From the NCBI GenBank assembly GCA_002411005.1, contig DHQC01000013.1:133093-197092 (forward strand): a stretch of DNA of 64,000 nt. The letters run 5' to 3'. Both the position numbers and the translations under genes were made by a program. The DNA comes from Bacillales bacterium UBA5348 (GTDB taxonomy: Bacteria; Bacillota_I; Bacilli_A; RF39; UBA660). The notes under the pieces were generated by a model. The model searched no databases, was not told the origin of the DNA, and saw nothing but the letters and a program-made list of their open reading frames with translations. This document shows, piece by piece, positions 40,256-47,711 of the stretch (position 1 is its first letter; each line of letters starts with the position of its first letter).

Positions 40256-40549
40256 ATGTCTGACCCAACATCTAAAATGCCCGAAAGGTATATTACTAGA
40301 GAACAGGCAATTACTGATATTATTGAATCAGTTGCTTTAGAAGAAGCTGCTTTGTCTCATATCTTAAAAGCAGAAGGAGATAAAATCCATAAGTTTTTAG
40401 AAAAAGCTAGATGCCCAGGTGATTTACTACTTATTAATAAATCGGTTCAATCTATGATTAGTGTAATCACAGTTCTACAAGCTGTTCTACATGCTAAAAT
40501 TGAACTTTTTGCTTGTGATAATAATGATTATGAGTATGAGGAATATTAA
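40256..40549 (+). CDS. Small helical protein paralogous to the C-terminal domain of the divergent 39114 gene
   Basis: 97 aa. DIIESVALEEAALSHILKAEGDKI...LLLINKSVQSMISVITVLQAVLHAKIE aligns with IIESIASIESSLAEILNTETQKI...ILKINASINKTISKITVLEQILLDKLE in the neighbour. AAAGGAGG RBS. Confidence 0.5.
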   Translation: MSDPTSKMPERYITREQAITDIIESVALEEAALSHILKAEGDKIHKFLEKARCPGDLLLINKSVQSMISVITVLQAVLHAKIELFACDNNDYEYEEY

Positions 40550-40570
40550 TAATATATAGGGGTGTTTTTA

Positions 40571-40600
40571 ATTGAAAAAGAGTCTAAATTATTAGACTCT
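40571..40600. terminator. Bidirectional terminator
   Basis: Hairpin AAGAGTCTAAattatTAGACTCTT. Confidence 0.55.
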
Positions 40601-40605
40601 TTATA

Positions 40606-41474
40606 TTATTTTTCATTTTTCATTTTATAAGTTAATCCATAACCTCCAGGTCCGATATGACTAGCAATTACAGGCCCAATTTCAGTTAATATATATTTGC
40701 CGGTTATTTTTAAATTTTCAACATTTTCTTGCAATTTAACTGCACCATCTAAATTATCAGAATGTACAATTCCAATTGCATCAATATCATTTTTATCAAT
40801 TTTCGAAAGCATTCTATCTATTAATATTGAATTCATTCTTTTTGAACCTCTAACTTTTTCAACAACTTGTACTTTACCAAATTCGTCTATATTTATTAAA
40901 GGTTTTACTCTTAATAGTTGACCTAATGAGGCCGCTGTTTTTGAAATACGTCCACCATGGATAAGATAAGTTAAATCATCTACAAAAAATTCAATGTTAT
41001 AGTAGTCTTTGTATTTGTTGATATATGTGATTATTTCTTCGTAATTTTTCCCTTCTTTTTTCATATTTAAAGCCTTTAGTGCTATAAGACCTTCAGCAAG
41101 TGATCCAGTTAAAGAATCAATAACAGCTATTTTTGAATCGGGATATTTCTTTTGTAACATGTTTTTAGCGATTACGATGTTGTTATAGCTGCTACTTAAT
41201 CCAGATGAAAGACATATACAAATAATGTCATTACCTTTTGTTAGGTCTTCTTCAAAAAGCTCTACAGCTTTAGATGTGTTGACAGCAGCTGTTCTTGGCA
41301 TTGCTCCTGTCCTCATTTTATTAAAATTTCTCTCATAGTAAGATTTTTTTCATCACCATACTCAATATCTTCACCATTAAAATAGTAATATATTGGTATT
41401 GTTTTAATTTCTGGATAGTCCTTTATATTTGGAATATCTGAGCATTTGTCTACAAAAATAGAAATATCATTCAT
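40606..41474 (-). pseudogene. degV: DegV/FakB family fatty-acid-binding protein, frameshifted near an A7 tract
   Basis: The N-terminal 53 codons (MNDISIFVDKCSDIPNIKDYPEIKTIPIYYYFNGEDIEYGDEK...) run from ATG 41474 (GGTGGAGGG RBS) to a TGA at 41313-41315. The rest (ORF 40606..41316, ...SSGLSSSYNN... DegV core) is in the -1 frame. Adding one A to the coding-strand A7 run (plus T7 at 41344-41350) restores ...DEKKSYYERNFNKMRTGAMPRTAAVN... Confidence 0.6.
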
Positions 41475-41612
41475 AAAAACCCTCCACCTAGATAATGATT
41501 TTCAAGTTTTTATTATAACATAAATAATAAATTTATCAATCTGTTATAAAAAAGCATATTTTTTGTTTAAGTTATAGAGAATTTATAGTATACTTACTAA
41601 GTAAATTGTTAT

Positions 41613-41687
41613 TGCCTCGTAGCCAAGCGGTAAGGCATTGGACTCTGAATCCAACATGCGTTAGTTCGAACCTAACCGAGGCAGCCA
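41613..41687 (+). tRNA. tRNA-Gln (anticodon CTG)
   Basis: 75 nt cloverleaf with a U1:A72 pair, anticodon loop CTCTGAA, T-loop GTTCGAACC, and an encoded CCA. Closely resembles B. subtilis tRNA-Gln apart from C34. Confidence 0.85.
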
Positions 41688-41745
41688 TTAAGTTTTTAAT
41701 TCATCTTATAATTGGATGACTTTATTATATAGAAGGGGTGAAAAT

Positions 41746-43389
41746 ATGAATTTTGAATTATTAGCAGAATTGTTATTTCCTAATATAACAAATACTCCTG
41801 ATTATTATGAAGATAAATATCCTAAACGTAATCTTAATAAGAAGGATATAGTAGTTAGATTTGCACCAAGCCCAACAGGGTTTATTCATATGGGATCTCT
41901 TTATGTTGCATCATTAAATAGATTATTAGTTAATCAAAATCATGGGATCTATTATTTAAGAATAGAGGATACTGATCATAAAAGAGAAGTAAAAGGGGGC
42001 ATCAAATTAATTCAAGAAGCTTTAGATTATTTTTCTATTAGCTTTGACGAATCACCTTCTAAAGGTGGTGAATATGGCCCTTATATTCAATCGGAAAGAA
42101 AAGTAATATATCAAACATATATAAAAGACTTAATAAAGAAAGGTTTAGCATATCCTTGCTTTTGTACGGAGGCAGAATTAGAAAGCATTAGAGAATCACA
42201 AGTATCATCAAAGTCTAAACTTGGATATTATGGGAAATGGGCAATGGATAGAAATTTGACGTTTGACGAGATACAGCAAAGAGTTAATAATGGAAAATCA
42301 TATGTAATTAGATTAAAAACACCTAAAATAATCAATGAAAAGATAGAATGTAATGACATGATAAAGGGAAATATATATTTCCCTACAAATGATATAGATG
42401 TTGTACTATTAAAATCTGATGGCCTTCCGACATATCACTTTGCACATGTTATTGATGATTATTTAATGCGTACAACTCATGTTATTAGAGGAGATGAGTG
42501 GTTATCTTCCTTGCCAATCCATTTGCAGTTATTTTCTATGCTTGGTTTTGAATTGCCAAAATACGTGCATATTTCACCTTTAACCAAGAAAGAGGGCAAT
42601 AGTATTCGTAAATTAAGCAAGAGAAAGGACCCAGAGTCTGCTATTAGTTATTATCAAGAAAAAGGAATCCCAATAGAGGCTTTAAAGATTTATTTTGCAA
42701 ATATTACTAATTCTAATTTTGAACAATGGTATAGTCAAAATCAGAGAGCCCCTCTTACCGACTTTACTTTTACTTTTAATAAAATGCCAGTAGGTGGTAC
42801 GCTTTTTGATATAAATAAACTTAAAAATATTTGCAGACAATATTTTAGTTTGGAGAGTGCCTTAGACATTTATCTTGAATCATTAGATTATTTTAAAACT
42901 TATGATAATAGTTTTTATGAAATCTTATTAAAAAATAAAGAATATGTTATAAGTATTTTAAATATAGAAAAAGATAGACCTCGACCAAGAAAAGATATAG
43001 CTTGCTATAAAGATATAAAAGATGAGAATTGGTATATGTTTGATGAATTGTTTTATTCTAATGTTTCATATTTAAACTTGAAGGATGAGACAACATATGA
43101 CTATAATATTCTTGTTTCATATTTGTCTAACTATTTTGATATTAATGACAATGAAGTAGAGTGGTATGATCGTACAAAGTCTTTAGCTGTTCATTTTGGT
43201 TATGCCCCTGATGTGAAGAGTTATAAAGAAAATCCTAATAATTATAAAGGACATATAGGGGATATATGTGAATTAATTAGGGTTGCTATAACGGGTGAAA
43301 AACAAACCCCTAGTTTATATGAAATACAACAAATTCTAGGATTTGATAGAATAAAGGCCCGAATTGATAATTTTAAAAACTTTTTTTAA
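41746..43389 (+). CDS. gltX: Glutamate--tRNA ligase (GluRS-type class I aaRS)
   Basis: Motifs RFAPSPTGFIHMGS (HIGH region), AYPCFCTEAELE (GluRS zinc-binding knuckle), and KLSKRK (KMSKS). AAGGGGTGA RBS before ATG 41746. About 547 aa. Confidence 0.85.
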   Translation: MNFELLAELLFPNITNTPDYYEDKYPKRNLNKKDIVVRFAPSPTGFIHMGSLYVASLNRLLVNQNHGIYYLRIEDTDHKREVKGGIKLIQEALDYFSISFDESPSKGGEYGPYIQSERKVIYQTYIKDLIKKGLAYPCFCTEAELESIRESQVSSKSKLGYYGKWAMDRNLTFDEIQQRVNNGKSYVIRLKTPKIINEKIECNDMIKGNIYFPTNDIDVVLLKSDGLPTYHFAHVIDDYLMRTTHVIRGDEWLSSLPIHLQLFSMLGFELPKYVHISPLTKKEGNSIRKLSKRKDPESAISYYQEKGIPIEALKIYFANITNSNFEQWYSQNQRAPLTDFTFTFNKMPVGGTLFDINKLKNICRQYFSLESALDIYLESLDYFKTYDNSFYEILLKNKEYVISILNIEKDRPRPRKDIACYKDIKDENWYMFDELFYSNVSYLNLKDETTYDYNILVSYLSNYFDINDNEVEWYDRTKSLAVHFGYAPDVKSYKENPNNYKGHIGDICELIRVAITGEKQTPSLYEIQQILGFDRIKARIDNFKNFF

Positions 43390-43456
43390 AGAAATAGTTG
43401 TTATTTTTCGAGAAAATTATTATAATCTAATTGGTCTATTAATTTAGACCATATGT

Positions 43457-43532
43457 GACCCGTTGGTGAAATGGTTAACACGCTACCCTCTCAAGGTAGT
43501 ATTTATGGGTTCGAACCCCATACGGGTTACCA
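43457..43532 (+). tRNA. tRNA-Glu (anticodon CTC)
   Basis: 76 nt. Acceptor GACCCGT/ACGGGTT, anticodon stem CTACC/GGTAG with loop CTCTCAA, T-loop TTCGAAC, and an encoded CCA. Confidence 0.85.
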
Positions 43533-43542
43533 ATGAATATTA

Positions 43543-43566
43543 AAAGCACTTTTAGTGCTTTTTTAA
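43543..43566 (+). terminator. Terminator after tRNA-Glu
   Basis: Hairpin AGCACTtttAGTGCT followed by TTTTTT. Confidence 0.55.
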
Positions 43567-43567
43567 T

Positions 43568-43596
43568 TTGACTTTGCAAAGTTCTTACTATATAAT
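43568..43596 (+). promoter_or_regulatory. Sigma-A-type promoter for the 43638 gene
   Basis: TTGACT, a 17-nt spacer, then TATAAT. Confidence 0.55.
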
Positions 43597-43637
43597 AGCA
43601 ACCCAATTAAAACGTTTTAAAAAGGCGAGGTGATCAT

Positions 43638-45107
43638 ATGAGCTTTTATCCCTTAGAAAGATTAAAAAGTGGAAAGATTGATTTTTTATTTAATCTAACA
43701 CCATCTGATAGAAAAAGAATTATTGAAGATCTGAGAAAATCAGAAGAAAGAGAAATTATTGTGGCAGAATTTTTAAGTAAGGCAATAAAACGTTTGCCCT
43801 ACTTTTGCCTTGAAGTAATATATGATATGGATAAATATTATAATGAAACCTTTGACTTATTAAAAAAATATAAAATAGCTTTTGATGATGAAAAAATTGG
43901 TAATGTAATTAACAACACCTCTTTTGGCGAAAAATATGTATATGATAACTTGGATGAAATACTATTGAAAAACGAAGAATCAAGAATAGATATGCTAATT
44001 GATTTTGCGTATAATAAATCTGAAAATAAAGATAAATGGCTTTGTAGATTGTCAAAAAACAATAATTTGCATCAACGAGCTTTATTTATGATAAGTATAT
44101 TAAAAAAGCATCCTCAGGATTTAGCAGAAATTTATGATAATATAATTGAATATTTAACTTCCGAAAATGGTTTTGGTGATATACAATTATCTTGGTTTCC
44201 GGAAAAGATTTCGTCTAAGGATTTAAGTTTAATAACATACTTAGTATCAAAAACCAAATTAGATCGAAGTTTATATTTAGAATTAAAAGAGTATTTGTTA
44301 ACTAATTATAAAGAAAATGATTTGGCTGAAATGTTTTTAAAGAATTATCTAATTTCAAACAGAAACTTTCAAATAGATTCCAGGGAATCAGGAATGATTG
44401 AATTTAAACAAGATTCAAACAGATTATTTAAAACTTCCAGAAATTATCAACTCCGAATTTTAGAACAATATAGTGAAAACATAAGCAAAGACTTGTTAGA
44501 AAAATTCAAATATTATTTACAGTTTTTTCAAAATGAAAACGTTCCAAGATATTTATTGTCAGAAATGTTTAGTAAAGGATTAGGTTCGGATATAAGAAGA
44601 TGTATAGATATTTATTACCCTAAGAGTAAGGAACAAAGTTGTGAATTTGTTGGAAGGGGTAGTACTAGTAGTTGTTTTAGAATAGGGGATTATGTTTTAA
44701 AATTGAGTACTATAAAATGGTCTTACGAGGATGTTATTTGTCCAAATTTATATTTGATAATTAAAAATGAAGAGGAAAAATTCGTTCGCGATGATAAGGG
44801 TATTGTAAGAGCAGCCCTAGAAGTTCAAAAACACTTAAAAAGAACTGCTAAAGATCTACCTTCTGAACATTTTGTCTACTTTAATAAAGAACTTAATAGA
44901 TTGGGTTATATGTATACCGATACATTAATAAATGGAATGTGTGGAGATAATTGTATGCTTTTAGACAGTTATAAGGATGCTGATTGTTTTAATCCTGAAA
45001 GTTTACCAGAAATGTTTAAAAGGGTACCATTAGTATTAATTGATAGAGATAGAGTCTATCCTAAAAACAAAATTTATATTAAGCAATTAAGCGAAGGCCA
45101 TTCTTAA
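43638..45107 (+). CDS. Hypothetical protein: N-terminal alpha-helical domain plus C-terminal atypical protein-kinase-like domain
   Basis: The C-terminal 160 aa carry a Gly-rich loop VGRGSTSSCF, beta3 Lys context YVLKL, then ...GMCGDNCML... and ...VLIDRDR..., consistent with RIO/Kdo-type minimal kinases. Strong promoter and RBS. Confidence 0.45.
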   Translation: MSFYPLERLKSGKIDFLFNLTPSDRKRIIEDLRKSEEREIIVAEFLSKAIKRLPYFCLEVIYDMDKYYNETFDLLKKYKIAFDDEKIGNVINNTSFGEKYVYDNLDEILLKNEESRIDMLIDFAYNKSENKDKWLCRLSKNNNLHQRALFMISILKKHPQDLAEIYDNIIEYLTSENGFGDIQLSWFPEKISSKDLSLITYLVSKTKLDRSLYLELKEYLLTNYKENDLAEMFLKNYLISNRNFQIDSRESGMIEFKQDSNRLFKTSRNYQLRILEQYSENISKDLLEKFKYYLQFFQNENVPRYLLSEMFSKGLGSDIRRCIDIYYPKSKEQSCEFVGRGSTSSCFRIGDYVLKLSTIKWSYEDVICPNLYLIIKNEEEKFVRDDKGIVRAALEVQKHLKRTAKDLPSEHFVYFNKELNRLGYMYTDTLINGMCGDNCMLLDSYKDADCFNPESLPEMFKRVPLVLIDRDRVYPKNKIYIKQLSEGHS

Positions 45108-45149
45108 AACAATAAACTCTAACTAATTGTAGTTAGAGTTTATTGTTTC
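45108..45149. terminator. Bidirectional terminator (18-bp perfect stem)
   Basis: Hairpin AACAATAAACTCTAACTAattgTAGTTAGAGTTTATTGTT. Confidence 0.65.
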
Positions 45150-45610
45150 TTTAAGTCTAATAAATGTTGAATTTGCCAATTTCTTTCATCTTCCATTAAT
45201 TGAGTAACATTATCTTTATCTTTATCTTTATCTTTATTTAAATGATATATAGCTGAAACTACATACATGGCTGATCCTTCTGAATGGGTAGGGACATGGC
45301 AAGTCACTAAAGCATGGCTACAGGCCCTACAAATTTGACATGCTGCTTTATCGATTGGTTCTAATTCTCTAGCAGCGGCTAGAGCAGGATATGTGAACTT
45401 TCTAGCATCCCACATTTTCATCTCACCGTTAATCCATTTTTTTAACATATTTATTGCAGTACGAGGTCTAACCTCATTGGAATATTTATCCTCAAGTAAT
45501 GGCATATATTTTTCAACGCAATCAATTGCCCAAATAGCTAAAATCTTTTGGTCTGTTGTTTTTATTATTTCGACTAATCTAGGATCGTGCCTTAATTTTC
45601 TCATATCCAT
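45140..45610 (-). CDS. Hypothetical Cys/His-cluster protein (third gene of the DNPH1-like operon)
   Basis: 156 aa. Putative metal-binding cluster CQICRACSHALVTCHVPTH. Contains a KDKDKDKD hexanucleotide repeat. 4-nt gap to the upstream gene. Confidence 0.45.
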   Translation of the reverse strand: MDMRKLRHDPRLVEIIKTTDQKILAIWAIDCVEKYMPLLEDKYSNEVRPRTAINMLKKWINGEMKMWDARKFTYPALAAARELEPIDKAACQICRACSHALVTCHVPTHSEGSAMYVVSAIYHLNKDKDKDKDNVTQLMEDERNWQIQHLLDLKKQ

Positions 45611-45614
45611 TTTA

Positions 45615-46226
45615 TTACCTATTATTATATTGATTAATAAAATTTATTAAGCTTTGGCAAATTTTCTCAATATTATCAAAATTGTTATAATCTCTATATT
45701 TTCTATTTATTTCTATTTGTATTATATCTATATCTGTGTTGGCATAAATAAATTGTGTAATTCCGCCACCTTTAAAAGGATCATTAAATTTAATGTTTTT
45801 GATACCAGTTTCGATAAAGGCTTCTCCTAATTCTTTTGTAGTAGAATAAGCTGCAGATAAATTGTTTAAAGTTCCTATTTCAACATCAAAATCACGATTG
45901 CGATCAGCTCCGTGGATATCAATTAATAACTTAATATTATTTTCAACAATATAATCACGTAACTTATTTTTAAATTCGTCTGTTTTTAAAGAGTTGGAGT
46001 CAATCTTATTATCTTTTAATTTTATATAATATGAGCAATTTACTTGTTCTGCAACGTATTTAGCAATAGCTTTTGTAAAAGGCTCTGACTTTTTAATTAT
46101 ATTCCATTTATCCTGTTGCATAGTATGAACAGCAGTAAGTATTATTGGTATGGTCCCATTTCTCATTATATATTCTTCATTAGAATCAGATAATTCGTGA
46201 TTCATTATTTCTTGTTTAAAATTCAT
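45615..46226 (-). CDS. N-formylglutamate amidohydrolase (FGase, PF05013)-like hydrolase
   Basis: Blocks IPIILTAVHTMQ, LLIDIHGA, and IQIEINRKY match the FGase-family patterns (xxPHxG, xDxHS, xElRxdly). Confidence 0.5.
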   Translation of the reverse strand: MNFKQEIMNHELSDSNEEYIMRNGTIPIILTAVHTMQQDKWNIIKKSEPFTKAIAKYVAEQVNCSYYIKLKDNKIDSNSLKTDEFKNKLRDYIVENNIKLLIDIHGADRNRDFDVEIGTLNNLSAAYSTTKELGEAFIETGIKNIKFNDPFKGGGITQFIYANTDIDIIQIEINRKYRDYNNFDNIEKICQSLINFINQYNNR

Positions 46227-46239
46227 CTTATCACCTATA

Positions 46240-46659
46240 TTAACTTAAATCGTTAGTAAATTTATTAATTATTTTCTGTGCCTCTTCTATATTGTTATAT
46301 GGATAAACACTTAAATATTTATTTCCATTTCTCATTGCAGAAATTTTATTGCCATTATTTTTGTATAGACATAATATTGGTTTGTTTAATTTTTCGGCGT
46401 AACATATTTCATAACCAACACCTAATGATGGATTTGTTACCTCTGCAACAACAAAATCAGATTCATCAATCCAACTACAATCTCTTTGGAAAATGTATTC
46501 GTCAGTTTTATTATTTTCTCCTGAAGAATTTAAATTTTTATCCCCAATATGTTCTGTTAATACGACAAAATTATTTTTTAGATATTTAATTATTTCAAAA
46601 TATTCATCAACAAAATCCCTGCCACCTCTTATTGAACCTGAAAAATATACTTTTCTCAC
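46240..46659 (-). CDS. DNPH1/Rcl-like 2'-deoxynucleoside 5'-phosphate N-hydrolase (nucleoside 2-deoxyribosyltransferase superfamily)
   Basis: VYFSGSIRGGRD...VVLTEH...FVVAEVTNPSLGVGYEICYA parallels DNPH1 IYFCGSIRGGRED...VLTEH...VVVAEVTQPSLGVGYELGRA. GTG start with GAGGTGATAA RBS. A terminator and TATAAT -10 lie just upstream. Confidence 0.65.
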   Translation of the reverse strand: MRKVYFSGSIRGGRDFVDEYFEIIKYLKNNFVVLTEHIGDKNLNSSGENNKTDEYIFQRDCSWIDESDFVVAEVTNPSLGVGYEICYAEKLNKPILCLYKNNGNKISAMRNGNKYLSVYPYNNIEEAQKIINKFTNDLS

Positions 46660-46746
46660 CTTATCACCTCATTACAATATTATAGCATAAAAAAGTACCG
46701 TTACCGGTACTTTACTCACACTGCTTTGTTTTGTATGTCAACATAA

Positions 46747-47574
46747 TTACCGTGTCTCTTTTTTTATTAATTTAGCATGTAAAACAACTTTATCATCCTC
46801 ATTATAACAAGTAGATAAAGTTAATATATTATCACTAGCATTAACAGAGGTATTGAAATTATAAGAACTTCGATTTAATAATGTACTGAGAAAGGTTTGA
46901 TATTCATTTTCACTTCTAAATTCAGTTTGAATATAATCGCTAGTAGTAGGAATGTGATAAACACTAAATACTTGCCACAATGTATTTTCATATTCGGTTG
47001 ATAATTTTACAACATAATTATTATCATTTTTAAGCCATCCACTTTTTAATATATTCTTTAATGAACCAAACATTGTTGTGTCAATTCTTCCATGTGCGTA
47101 TATAATTGTATTCTTATCTGTTCCATCTAACTTATTTCTATAATCTGAAAATACCCATCCTGCTTCATTATAACTTTTATCAAATGTATGATTTAAATAG
47201 TATTTATTATCTTTAGTTTGAACAAAGGGATAATTTATATTAGTCCCATTAACTTGTATCCATCCCATTGTATGATTATTAGTTTCTTTTAAATCAGTAA
47301 AATTAACATTTATCATATTCATTTTTATGTAATCCCAATAAGGATTAAATTTAGGAATTACTTCCACTTGTTCTATTATCTCGGTATTTTCGGTGTCACT
47401 AATTTCTTTAATAACAATTTCCTCGTGTATTTTCTCAATTTGAATTTCAGTTTCATGTGAATCAAACTTCCACTTTAGAATATTGAATAATGAAATAATA
47501 AAAAAGATAAAGCATACGATAAAAACAATTAAAATAATACTGTTTTTTAATTTATATTTTGTTTTTTTCTTCAA
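46747..47574 (-). CDS. srtB: Class B sortase
   Basis: N-terminal TM anchor, YPFVQTKDNKYYLNH, and catalytic TLSTC. Confidence 0.8.
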   Translation of the reverse strand: MKKKTKYKLKNSIILIVFIVCFIFFIISLFNILKWKFDSHETEIQIEKIHEEIVIKEISDTENTEIIEQVEVIPKFNPYWDYIKMNMINVNFTDLKETNNHTMGWIQVNGTNINYPFVQTKDNKYYLNHTFDKSYNEAGWVFSDYRNKLDGTDKNTIIYAHGRIDTTMFGSLKNILKSGWLKNDNNYVVKLSTEYENTLWQVFSVYHIPTTSDYIQTEFRSENEYQTFLSTLLNRSSYNFNTSVNASDNILTLSTCYNEDDKVVLHAKLIKKETR

Positions 47575-47711
47575 ATCATATCACGTCCATTATCATTATA
47601 CTATTTTTTTGTGAAAAATTAAAAAATATTAACTAAATGATAAAAATGTGCTATACTTGATTAAAGTAAGATAGTAAAAATAAGTTACTTACTTTGAAAG
47701 AGAGGAGAAAA

